Shown one piece after another: positions 1 to 8,835 of a stretch of DNA of 64,000 nucleotides. The notes under the pieces are model-generated. The model had not been told where the DNA came from, did not search any database, and saw only the letters and a program-made list of their open reading frames with translations. Source of the DNA: Myxococcota bacterium (GTDB lineage Bacteria; Myxococcota_A; UBA9160; JAFDDA01); contig OZ245817.1 in assembly GCA_965228475.1 (NCBI GenBank), positions 2,720,001-2,784,000 on the forward strand. Reading direction: 5' to 3'. Both the position numbers and the translations under genes were made by a program. Numbering within the stretch: position 1 is the stretch's first letter; each line of letters opens with the position of its first letter.

Positions 1-1
1 C

Positions 2-490
2 CTGCCACTCGCGCAAGGTGGTCTGGAAGGTCGGCGGCGAGGCCGCGAGTTCCGGATGGCTGAAGTCCGCCGCGCCGTCGCGGAACTCGGCCTGGTAGGT
101 GTAGAAGAGCCCGCGGCCCGGCGTCCCCGGTGCCGCGGCGAACTGGGGGTGGAACGCGAGGTCGAGCAGACCCTGCTCGAAACCGAGCGCGATCGAGATG
201 CCGCGGTCGGGGAGGTCCAGGATCGGATCGGTCTCGATCCCGGCCTGGGTCATCACGTAGACGAACCCATCCTGGCCGACGAGGAAGGAACGCCCGCTGC
301 CATCGGGAACGCCGACGAGGGCGGTCGGATCGCCCGCACCGGCCGGGATCGTGCCGACCTCGGTGAGGACGACGCTCGGGCCGTCCGGGATCGGATCCGT
401 CGGCCCACAGGACACGGCGAGGGCCGCCATCAGGAGCGCAGCTCCCGCGCGCAGGGCGCGTCTCCGGTTCTTCGAGTTCGAGTTCCTCAC
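2..490 (-). CDS. PQQ-dependent glucose/sorbosone dehydrogenase-family lipoprotein, 5' part (runs off the window)
   Basis: Not in the ORF track; translated by hand from GTG 490: basic N-terminus, lipobox-like LAVS-C, then FEQGLLDLAFHPQF...LFYTYQ typical of GSDH/HHIP beta-propellers. Confidence 0.75.
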   Translation of the reverse strand, partial: MRNSNSKNRRRALRAGAALLMAALAVSCGPTDPIPDGPSVVLTEVGTIPAGAGDPTALVGVPDGSGRSFLVGQDGFVYVMTQAGIETDPILDLPDRGISIALGFEQGLLDLAFHPQFAAAPGTPGRGLFYTYQAEFRDGAADFSHPELAASPPTFQTTLREWQ

Positions 491-602
491 GAACGAAATC
501 CTCAGCAGGCGCAGGGCACAACGACAGCGGGGCCGACCGGGGCCGACCTGCTACGTGAGTGTCCCTGGGGGACGGTTTCGTGGCGAGAGAAGTGACCTGG
601 GG

Positions 603-1037
603 TCAGCGGAGGGGCTCGCCCCGGGCGTACAGAAATGTCTCTTTTTCTGATTGAATCCGGGAGGTTGCGGGGTCCAACCACATGCGCTGGACCACCACGA
701 CCAGATTCTCGTGCTCCGGGTGACCGGCATGGACCGCCCGGGCCAGGGCATCCGGCCGGACGAGGGTGCCGAGGACGCTGCGGCGCGCCCGAAAGTCCTG
801 GAGCGCCAGCCGCACCTCGCGGCCGAGGGTTTCCTCGTCGATGTGGGCCAGCCCGCGGTCCGTCGGGCGGAAGAGCGCCGCCAGGGACGTCTGATAGCTC
901 GTGTACATGGCGAAGCCGCCGAGCTTCCACGGGTTGGCATCGATCGCCACCACCACCCCGCGGTGGGCGAGCGGCCAGAGGGCCACCACCAGCACGACCG
1001 CCAGGTAGCGCCTCGCGCCCCTCACAGGAGATTCCAA
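603..1037 (-). CDS. Small membrane-anchored protein (144 aa), partner of the upstream HTTM protein
   Basis: N-terminal hydrophobic helix, PWKLGGFAMY motif; overlaps the end of the upstream gene. Confidence 0.7.
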   Translation of the reverse strand: MESPVRGARRYLAVVLVVALWPLAHRGVVVAIDANPWKLGGFAMYTSYQTSLAALFRPTDRGLAHIDEETLGREVRLALQDFRARRSVLGTLVRPDALARAVHAGHPEHENLVVVVQRMWLDPATSRIQSEKETFLYARGEPLR

Positions 1038-1996
1038 TCGGCCGGATGCCCCGGCACCGCCGAGCCGAGCGCCAGCAGCCCGTAGATCAGGAAGAGCGCG
1101 AACGCCGGGAAGAGGCGTGCGTTCCAGGGCCCGGGCAGGAAGAGCAGCAGCAGGTTCACGAAGAGCATGGCGAAGCCGAGCTCGAGGGCCGCGACCTGGA
1201 TCCCGACCATGAGGCCGATCGAGGCGAGCGCGCCGAGCACGCGCGTCCGCCGGGCGACGAGCAGCGCCGGCAAGGTCAGCTCCGCCATCCAGACCAGGTT
1301 CGAAGCCAGCGCGAACAGGGGCGCATCGACCCGATAGGGCCCGGCCCCCGTGGCCTTGCGATCGAGCCCCGAAAGGCGCGTGAGCTCCGCCTCGGGAAGC
1401 AGCCAGCGGAAGACGCGCCCGAAGCGCTCTTCCGTCCCCGCCATGAGCGCCAGGAACTCCCCCTGGAAGTAGGCCCCGTAGAAGAGCTTCTGGAGCCCGG
1501 TGTGGAACAGGACGAGCGCGGTCGTCCAGCGGAGGGCGGCGAGCGCGTGGGCCTCACCCTCCCCTTCGGAGTCGCGCGGGACGAGCGCCAGCAGCAGGAC
1601 GCAGACGAGCTCGAGGTAGAGATGGTTCGCGGTGTAGGGGAAGCGCCAGACGACCTGGGCGAGCACCGCGGGCAGTGCGATGCACGCCGGGAGGCTGCCC
1701 GCCCCCGCGCGGAGCGAGAGTCCGGCGGCCACGCACAGGGTCACGGCCGCAACGAGGAGCAGGAGGTCGCCCCGGGTCGAGAGTGCCAGCCAGAGCAGGC
1801 TGCGGACCGCGCCGTAGAAGAGGAGGAAGCGCTGGAAGTCCTGGATCCGGGCCCGGGCGTCGCCCGGCGGATCGGTCACCCAGGCCCAGGCCTTCGAAAG
1901 GAGCGAGGCCTCGCGGGGACCTTCGGCCGGCGCGCTTCGCCGGCCTCCGCGCGGCGCCTTCGACGACGCCTTCGACGACGGTTTCGGAGGGGACAC
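1022..1996 (-). CDS. HTTM-domain (SdpB/VKGC-like) polytopic membrane protein
   Basis: Multiple TM helices; YTANH, FHTGLQKL and AELTLPALL..RRTR motifs resemble HTTM. Confidence 0.65.
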   Translation of the reverse strand: MSPPKPSSKASSKAPRGGRRSAPAEGPREASLLSKAWAWVTDPPGDARARIQDFQRFLLFYGAVRSLLWLALSTRGDLLLLVAAVTLCVAAGLSLRAGAGSLPACIALPAVLAQVVWRFPYTANHLYLELVCVLLLALVPRDSEGEGEAHALAALRWTTALVLFHTGLQKLFYGAYFQGEFLALMAGTEERFGRVFRWLLPEAELTRLSGLDRKATGAGPYRVDAPLFALASNLVWMAELTLPALLVARRTRVLGALASIGLMVGIQVAALELGFAMLFVNLLLLFLPGPWNARLFPAFALFLIYGLLALGSAVPGHPADWNLL

Positions 1997-2002
1997 GGGC
2001 CC

Positions 2003-2008
2003 ATCTTA
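2003..2008 (-). promoter_or_regulatory. -10 box TAAGAT, 6 nt before GTG 1996
   Basis: TANNNT at leaderless spacing; no SD. Confidence 0.5.
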
Positions 2009-2073
2009 CCGTTCGGCGGCACTGGTGCGGCGCGTTATGATGCCGTGCCTCTCGTCGCCCGCCGGAGCCCGCC

Positions 2074-3060
2074 ATGCGTTCGTCCCGCCTCCTCCGCCCC
2101 CTCGCGCTGCTACTCCTCGTTCCGGCCTTCGCCCTCGGCGCCCTCGCCGTCGCGAACGTCCGCGCCGACGGCAGCCTCGCCTGGCGAAACGGGGGCCGCA
2201 CCCCGAGCCCCGCCCCGCTCGCCGAGCGCATCTCGCTCCGCGCCGTCACCTTCAACATCGCCGACGGCTACCTCTTCACGGGCAACCGGCCCGAGCGCAT
2301 GCGCGCCCTCGGTGCGCTGCTGACGGAGATCGACCCGGACGTCGTGGGGCTCCAGGAGGCCTTCATCGAGTCGGACCGGGAGGTCCTGCTCGATGCGCTC
2401 TCGGGCTCGCGCCTCGTCCACCACGTCCGTTTCCCCGGTGCCGTCGTCGGCAATGGGCTCTGGATCCTCTCGGCCCACCCGATCGAGGAGGCCTGGTTCC
2501 ACCGCTTCGAAAGCGACGGGTCCTGGTACCGCCTCACCGAAGGGGACTGGTGGGCCGGCAAGGGCGTCGGCCTCGCACGGCTTCGCCTGCCGAACGGGGC
2601 GCGGGTCGATTTCTACGACACCCATGCCGTCGCCGGACGCGGGAACGCGGCGAACGAGTGGATCCGCCAGGGGCAGATGGCCGAACTGGCGCGCTTCGTG
2701 CGGGAGTCCCGCACGCCGGGCGCCCCGGCCTTCGTCGTCGGCGACTTCAACACCCGCCCGGGCGCGGCCGACTACGAACTGGCCGTCCGGGAGGCCGGAC
2801 TCGTGCGCGCCATGAACGTGCCGTCCGAGATCGACCACGTCTTCGCCGTCGCCGACGACGCCTACGCCGTGCACGTCCGCGAAACCCACGAACTCACGGG
2901 GTCGACCCTCGGATCCGGCCCGCCGTTCTTCATCGCGCGCCCGCCGACGCCCCGGGAGCTCTGGTCCCTCGCCTTCGGCGACCCGGCACCGACGCCCCTG
3001 AGCGACCATCCGGGCTACCTGAGCGTCGTCGAGTTCCACCCCGCGCGCGAAGGCTCCTAG
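2074..3060 (+). CDS. Endonuclease/exonuclease/phosphatase-family protein, neutral sphingomyelinase-like, exported
   Basis: Signal peptide; TFNI, GLQEAF, GDWWAGKGVG, GDFN, IDHVF and LSDH motifs. Confidence 0.8.
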   Translation: MRSSRLLRPLALLLLVPAFALGALAVANVRADGSLAWRNGGRTPSPAPLAERISLRAVTFNIADGYLFTGNRPERMRALGALLTEIDPDVVGLQEAFIESDREVLLDALSGSRLVHHVRFPGAVVGNGLWILSAHPIEEAWFHRFESDGSWYRLTEGDWWAGKGVGLARLRLPNGARVDFYDTHAVAGRGNAANEWIRQGQMAELARFVRESRTPGAPAFVVGDFNTRPGAADYELAVREAGLVRAMNVPSEIDHVFAVADDAYAVHVRETHELTGSTLGSGPPFFIARPPTPRELWSLAFGDPAPTPLSDHPGYLSVVEFHPAREGS

Positions 3061-3065
3061 CCCGC

Positions 3066-4541
3066 ATGTCTTCCGCCGATGCCAGCGCGACGGGAGACAC
3101 CGCGCCGAAGCCCGCCGCGAAGGCCCTCCCCACCGGACTGCTCGTCTCCTACGCCTCGGCCCAGTTCGGCCTCTCGGCCATGAACACCCTGGTGAACACC
3201 CAGATCCCGTTCTTCTACGTCGACACGCTGAAGCTCCCCGCCGCGGCCTTCGGCCTCGTGATGCTGCTCGGAAAGCTCTGGGACGGCGTGACCGACCCGC
3301 TGATGGGTCACCTCACCGACAACACCCGCACGCGCTTCGGACGAAGGCGTCCCTACTTCCTCATCGGCGCCCCCCTGCTCGGCGTCTTCACCTTCCTGCT
3401 CTTCAGCCCGCCCGAGGGCCTCACGGGCGAAGCCGTCTTCCCGTGGCTCCTCGTCACCTTCCTCGGCGCCTTCACGGCGCGGACCGTCTTCGAAACGCCC
3501 TACCAGGCCATGGCCCCCGATCTGACGCCGGACTACGACCAGCGCACCCGCGTCGCGAGCTTCCGCGTCACGATCGGGAACGTCGGCGACATGATCGGGG
3601 CGATCGTCCCGATGATCCTCCTGGCGGCGATCGCCGCGCGCACGACATTCCGCATCAGCGGGGCCGCGATCGCCGTGATCATCGTCGTCACGGCCTTCGT
3701 GACGTTCTGGCGGGTCCGGGAGCGCACAGAGCTCGTCCCGAGGGAGCAGGTTCCGCTGCGCCAGAACCTCTGGCAGATCGTGACCTTCCCGGTGCGGAAC
3801 CGCCCGGCGCGGATCCTCATCGCGAGCTACGCCTGCGCCGTCTTCGCGACGACCCTCCCGACGGCGGTCTTCCGCTTCGTAAACAAGTACGTCTTCACCG
3901 CAACGGGGCTCGAGGGCACCTTCGCCGGCCCCTGGGTCGAGGCCATGGGGAAGTCCGCCTTCCTCGACCTCGGCGTCATCCTCGGCTACTTCGCCGGCGT
4001 CTTTCTCTCGGCGCCGCTCTGGACCCGCGCGCTCCGCCGCTACGACAAGAAGACCGGGTACCTCTTCGCCTTCGGCTACCTCGGCGTGGTCGTGATCGGC
4101 GTCTTCCTGATCCCGCGCGATCTGGGCTTCCTCTTCCCGATCCTGAACCTCTTCGTCGGCGCCGGCGCGCTCGGCCTCTGGATGCTGCCGGGCGCCATCG
4201 GCCCGGACGTCCAGGAGTGGGAGGAGCTCCACCACGGGCGGCGCCACGAAGGGGGCTTCTACGGCATCTGGATGCTGGTCCAGAAGACCGGCGGCGGCAT
4301 CGCACTGTTCGCCATGGGGTTCCTGCTCGACCAGATCGGCTTCGTCCCGGACCTGCCCCAGACCGACCAGACGATCTTCGGCCTGCGCATGCTCTACGGC
4401 GGGACGCCCTTGCTCGTCGTGAGCGTGGCGATCCTGATCTTCTCCCGGTATCCGCTGACGCGGGAGGTGTACGCCGACGTCCAGGTCGAGCTCGAGGCCA
4501 AGCGCCGCGAACGCAACGGCACGGACGCAGGCGACGCCTAG
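3066..4541 (+). CDS. MFS transporter, GPH/MFS_2 (MelB/Mfsd2-like) family
   Basis: WDGVTDPLMGHLTDNTRTRFGRRRPY and RHEGGFYG motifs; about 12 TM helices. Confidence 0.9.
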   Translation: MSSADASATGDTAPKPAAKALPTGLLVSYASAQFGLSAMNTLVNTQIPFFYVDTLKLPAAAFGLVMLLGKLWDGVTDPLMGHLTDNTRTRFGRRRPYFLIGAPLLGVFTFLLFSPPEGLTGEAVFPWLLVTFLGAFTARTVFETPYQAMAPDLTPDYDQRTRVASFRVTIGNVGDMIGAIVPMILLAAIAARTTFRISGAAIAVIIVVTAFVTFWRVRERTELVPREQVPLRQNLWQIVTFPVRNRPARILIASYACAVFATTLPTAVFRFVNKYVFTATGLEGTFAGPWVEAMGKSAFLDLGVILGYFAGVFLSAPLWTRALRRYDKKTGYLFAFGYLGVVVIGVFLIPRDLGFLFPILNLFVGAGALGLWMLPGAIGPDVQEWEELHHGRRHEGGFYGIWMLVQKTGGGIALFAMGFLLDQIGFVPDLPQTDQTIFGLRMLYGGTPLLVVSVAILIFSRYPLTREVYADVQVELEAKRRERNGTDAGDA

Positions 4542-5092
4542 CCCGGCGGGGCGAAGGCGACCACGCTGTAGGCCACGGCCGTCGCGCTCCCGACGTTGCG
4601 GTAGGAGTGACGCTGGTCGCCGCGGAAGGCCACGACGTCCCCGGGCTCCAGGCGGAAGCGCTCGCCGCTGGCCACGAGTTCGAGCGTGCCGCGCTCGCAG
4701 GTCAGGTACTCGCGCGTCCCCGGCGTGTGGGGAGTGCCGGTCATCTGCCCGCCGCGCGGGATCTCGAAGCGGTCGATCTCCATGCCGGGCACCGGATCCG
4801 GGAGGAGCGCCCGGACGCGCGCCGCCCCGCGCTTTCGGGTCGGGAGCGAAGCGGCGGGGTGGAGCTTCCCGCCCGAGCGCGGCGGCCCGATCAGCTCCTG
4901 CACCGAGACCTGGAGGGCCGCCGCGACCTTGATCAGGACGGCCAGCGTCGGGTTGGCCGAGCCGGACTCGAGGGTCGCCCAGGTCGGGCGGGGCACCTCG
5001 GCCAACCGGGCCACGCGTTCCTGGGTGAGCCCCCGTGCCTCCCGGAGGATGCGCAGGTTCTGGGCGAGATGGAGCGGGACGTCGGGTTGCAT
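4538..5092 (-). CDS. XRE-family HTH + cupin transcriptional regulator
   Basis: NLRILREARGLTQ...LESGSANPTL HTH; C-terminal cupin (PHTPGTRE, HSYRN). Confidence 0.9.
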   Translation of the reverse strand: MQPDVPLHLAQNLRILREARGLTQERVARLAEVPRPTWATLESGSANPTLAVLIKVAAALQVSVQELIGPPRSGGKLHPAASLPTRKRGAARVRALLPDPVPGMEIDRFEIPRGGQMTGTPHTPGTREYLTCERGTLELVASGERFRLEPGDVVAFRGDQRHSYRNVGSATAVAYSVVAFAPPG

Positions 5093-5212
5093 CCCGGGAG
5101 CATGACAGAGCGGAGTCGCCCTGGCGACATCGCTGTCGACTCATCGACGAAGCGCTCTCGCGCCGACGCGCGGGGCCTGAGGTAGCGTTCGACGGCGCCC
5201 GAGGAGGACTCC

Positions 5213-5824
5213 TTGATTCTCTACACCGCTCAGGCTCCGAACGGCCGGAAGGCCTCCATCGCCCTCGAAGAGCTCGGCATCCCCTACGAGACCGTGTGGG
5301 TCCGCACGGACCAGGGGGAACAGTTCGAGCCGGACTTTCTGGCCAAGAACCCGAACAACAAGATCCCCGTCCTCGACGACGACGGCTGGATCATCTGGGA
5401 GTCCGGCGCGATCCTTCTCCACCTCGGCGAGCGCCACGACCCCGAGGGCCGCATCCTCCCGAAGGATCCGAAGACCCGCATGGAGGCGATCCAGTATGCC
5501 TTCTTCCAGACCGGCGGCATCGGGCCCAACATGGGGCGCCTCGGCGCCGCCCTGCGGAAAGAGGGCGAGAAGAACGCGGAGATGATCGAGATCTTCTCGG
5601 CGGAGGTCGACCGGCTGATGGGCGTGATCGACACGATCCTCTCGGACGGCCGCGAGTACCTCGCCGGGCCCTACTCGATCGGCGACATCATGCACTACGG
5701 CTGGCTCTCGATCGCCTACGGGCTGAAGGCGCCCCAGGTGATGTCGCGCGAGCGCGTCGTCGCCTGGCTCGAGCGCATCGGAGAGCGCCCCGCCGTCCTG
5801 CGCGGCCTCGCGGTTCCGTCCTAG
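5213..5824 (+). CDS. Glutathione S-transferase family (YfcG-like)
   Basis: APNGRK, NPNNKIP and WESGAIL motifs; GAGGAGG SD before TTG. Confidence 0.9.
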   Translation: MILYTAQAPNGRKASIALEELGIPYETVWVRTDQGEQFEPDFLAKNPNNKIPVLDDDGWIIWESGAILLHLGERHDPEGRILPKDPKTRMEAIQYAFFQTGGIGPNMGRLGAALRKEGEKNAEMIEIFSAEVDRLMGVIDTILSDGREYLAGPYSIGDIMHYGWLSIAYGLKAPQVMSRERVVAWLERIGERPAVLRGLAVPS

Positions 5825-5877
5825 CCGAACGCACGATTCGAAAGGTGAGAGGCGCGGCGGGAGCGGCGCGGCTTGCG

Positions 5878-5886
5878 TGATACGTT
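5878..5886 (+). promoter_or_regulatory. Extended -10 box TGA-TACGTT, 6 nt before GTG 5893
   Basis: TGn + TANNNT at leaderless spacing. Confidence 0.55.
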
Positions 5887-5892
5887 CCCGCC

Positions 5893-6636
5893 GTGCCGAA
5901 GCCTCGTCGCGAAAAGGCCCGGCCGCCCCGCCGCTGGCTCCGCTTCCTCGCCGCCCTTCTCGCCCTGGGCCTCCTGTGGGCCTCGGCCGTGGCCGCCGTT
6001 CCGATCCTCTTCCTGCGCTTCGTGCCCCCGCCGGCCACGGCGTTCATGCTGCGCAGCCGAAGCGAGGACCCCGCGACCGGGCGCGCCTGCCCCCAGGTCC
6101 ACTACCGCTGGGTCGCCTTCGACGAGATCAGCCCCCACCTCGCCCTCGCGGTGCTGGTGGCCGAAGACCAGCGCTTCTTCGAGCACTACGGGTTCGACCT
6201 GAAGGCAATGGAGCGGGCCTTCCGGGAGAACCGCGGCAAGGGGCGCCGGCGCGGCGCCAGCACCCTCACGCAGCAGCTCGCCAAGAACCTCTTCCTCTAC
6301 CCGGAGGCGACCTACGTGCGGAAGCTCGCCGAGGCCTGGTTCGTGGGCTGGATCGAGCTGCTCTGGCCGAAACGAAGGATCCTGGAGACGTACCTGAACG
6401 TGGCCCAGTTCGGACCCTGCCGCTTCGGCGTCGGCGTGGCGGCGCCGGACTACTTCGCGCGGGCCCCCTCGAAGCTCGGGCGCCCGGAGGCGGCACTGCT
6501 CGCCGCGGTCCTGCCGAGCCCGGGCCGCATGCGCGCCCACGACCCGGGGCCCCACGCCAGCGAGCGGGCCGCCTTCATCCAAGGGCTGATGGGGAAGCAC
6601 GGAGGCCTGCGCAAGGCCGTCGCCGAGATTCGCTGA
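5893..6636 (+). CDS. mtgA: Monofunctional peptidoglycan transglycosylase (GT51)
   Basis: EDQRFFEHYGFD, GASTLTQQLAKNLFL, RKLAE and ILETYLN motifs; N-terminal TM anchor. Confidence 0.92.
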   Translation: MPKPRREKARPPRRWLRFLAALLALGLLWASAVAAVPILFLRFVPPPATAFMLRSRSEDPATGRACPQVHYRWVAFDEISPHLALAVLVAEDQRFFEHYGFDLKAMERAFRENRGKGRRRGASTLTQQLAKNLFLYPEATYVRKLAEAWFVGWIELLWPKRRILETYLNVAQFGPCRFGVGVAAPDYFARAPSKLGRPEAALLAAVLPSPGRMRAHDPGPHASERAAFIQGLMGKHGGLRKAVAEIR

Positions 6637-6643
6637 GCCGGCC

Positions 6644-8674
6644 CTAGCCGAGGCGGCGCGAGCGCTGCCGCAGCCGCGCCGCCAGGGGCAGCGCGAGGGC
6701 CACGATCAGGCCGAAGGCGCCCGCGGCCGACCCACAGGAAGCCGGCGCCGGTTCGCACCAGTCGCCGGTGCCGTCGTCGTCGGCATCGTCCTGGTGCGGG
6801 TTCCATTGCAACGGGCAGTTGTCCCGCTCGAAGGAGATGCCGTCGCGGTCGGCGTCCTCGGCCGCCTCGTGACAGACCAGCCCGCCATCGTCGCGGCCGC
6901 AGATCTGCAACCGGTCGGCCCCCGAGAGGTTCGCGAGCAGCAGGCTCGCACCGTGCTCCTCGGCGTCCCAGCCCTGGGCATCGAGGAAGTTCGTGTTGAC
7001 GGGGTAGTGATAGTCGACGAAGCCCGCGCCGGTCGAGCGGGCGCACACGATGCCCGCCGCATGGCGGCCGCAGACGTCGGCGCGCCCGTCGCGGTCGAAA
7101 TCGCCGAGGCGGATCGAGAGGAACCGGCCGCGCGCCGCCCAGCCCTCGAGGTCGGTGAAGCCGGGCGTGATCCATGCGGCCGAGGCCGCGAACCCGGACC
7201 CCGTCGAGATGGCGCAGCGCAGGCCGTCCGAGCCCCGCAGGCAGACGTCCGCAAGGCCGTCCCCGTCGAGATCGCCGAGCTCGAGGGTGGCTCCGTACTC
7301 GCTCCCGCCGTAGCCGCTGGCGTCGTCGAACTCGGCGGTGAAGCGCGCGGCCGCGGCGAACCCCGAACCGGTCGAGAGCGCGCAGTGCACGCCGTCGACC
7401 GAACGCCCGCAGACGTCGGCGAGGCCGTCGCCGTCGACGTCGCCCAGGCGGATGGAGCGATAGCGGCTCTCGGCGGCGGCGAACCCCGCGAAATCGGAGA
7501 AGTCGGCGCTGACGAACCCGGAGGGGAGGAATCCCGTCCCGTCCGAGAGCTCGCACACCCAGCCCGCGGCGCCCCGCGCGCACGCGTCGGCGCGGCCGTC
7601 GCCGTCGACGTCGCCGAGGCGGAAGGTCGTGGCCTCTGCCGCGCCGCCGAAGCCGGCCGCGTCCGAGAAGCCGGCGGACCACAGGGACGGGGTGCCCAGG
7701 GCCGCGCCGTCCGACAGCGCGCACATCACGCCGTCGGCGTGGCGGGCACAGACGTCGTCGTCCCCGTCCCCGTCGACGTCCCCGGCGCGCAGCGTTCCCG
7801 CGGCGTCCGGTGCGGCGAACCCCTCGGCATCCGAGAACCCACCCCAGGCCACGGCCGGGCCCGCCGTCAGGCCGCCTTCCATCCCCGAGATGGCGTCCCC
7901 CGGCACCCAGACGAAGGGCGTCCCCGGGAGGGCCTCGACGCCGAGCACGATGGCCTCGATCACGCGCTGGTGGTAGGTCGGATCCTCGTCGATCACGCGC
8001 TCGTGGAGGACGATGCCTCCGTTCTGGTCCGGACGCGCCACGATCTGGGCGACGTAGTCGTCGGCGCACTGCTGCGACGTCTTGCCCTGGCCGAAGCACG
8101 CCCAGTCCTGGGCGTTGATCTCGTACTTCCAGTTCGCCATCAGGAGATCGAACTCGCCGGTCGCCAGCAGCTCCTGCTGCATGGCGACGCTCCACTCGCC
8201 GTAGGGGACGCGCAAGAGGTGCATGCCGTCGCTCAGGAAGGGCGCGATGCGCTGGAAGACGAGCCGGACCTCCTCGGGCCCGACGGTGATGTCGTTGCTC
8301 CACCGCTGATGGGTCTCGGTGTGGTTCGCGATGCGGTGCCCGAGGGCCACCGCCTGGCCGAGGACCTCCGAGCCGTTCGGCATCGCCTCGATGAGATTGC
8401 CGTTCACGAAGAAGGTCGCGCGCACCCCGTGGTCGTGGAGGAACTGCGCGAGCGGCAGGGTCAGGGCCGCCGGGCCATCGTCGATCGTGAGGGAAAGGGT
8501 CCGCGGGGGAAGCGGAATGCCGCCGGGGTAGCCGCTGCCGTCGCTGCTGTAGTCGGCGATCGACTCCGGCAGGATGACGGCCCACGCCGGAACCACGGCG
8601 AGCAGCAGCGACATCGAGAGCAGGACGTGGATCGACGCACGAAGACGAATGGCGCACCTCCCCTCGCGTGCCAC
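6644..8674 (-). CDS. Secreted NodB-type polysaccharide deacetylase + FG-GAP/VCBS propeller + TSP3-like repeat + C-terminal anchor
   Basis: TIDDGP, HTETH, RVPYG, QDW and IVLH CE4 motifs; 5-6 GDxDGDGxxDxCxR repeats; DNCP...NPHQDDAD; start uncertain. Confidence 0.8.
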   Translation of the reverse strand: MAREGRCAIRLRASIHVLLSMSLLLAVVPAWAVILPESIADYSSDGSGYPGGIPLPPRTLSLTIDDGPAALTLPLAQFLHDHGVRATFFVNGNLIEAMPNGSEVLGQAVALGHRIANHTETHQRWSNDITVGPEEVRLVFQRIAPFLSDGMHLLRVPYGEWSVAMQQELLATGEFDLLMANWKYEINAQDWACFGQGKTSQQCADDYVAQIVARPDQNGGIVLHERVIDEDPTYHQRVIEAIVLGVEALPGTPFVWVPGDAISGMEGGLTAGPAVAWGGFSDAEGFAAPDAAGTLRAGDVDGDGDDDVCARHADGVMCALSDGAALGTPSLWSAGFSDAAGFGGAAEATTFRLGDVDGDGRADACARGAAGWVCELSDGTGFLPSGFVSADFSDFAGFAAAESRYRSIRLGDVDGDGLADVCGRSVDGVHCALSTGSGFAAAARFTAEFDDASGYGGSEYGATLELGDLDGDGLADVCLRGSDGLRCAISTGSGFAASAAWITPGFTDLEGWAARGRFLSIRLGDFDRDGRADVCGRHAAGIVCARSTGAGFVDYHYPVNTNFLDAQGWDAEEHGASLLLANLSGADRLQICGRDDGGLVCHEAAEDADRDGISFERDNCPLQWNPHQDDADDDGTGDWCEPAPASCGSAAGAFGLIVALALPLAARLRQRSRRLG

Positions 8675-8835
8675 CGGCCGAACGAACGCACAGACTAAAC
8701 CCGCTCTCGAGGAACGAGGCGGACTTTTTCGCAGAATCGAGCGGACTGAGGGTCTTCTCCGACACCCCGGCGAGAAACTGTTCGACGCGAAACTGCGTCG
8801 GCCACACCGGGGACGGAGCGTCGGCCGCTAGGCGA

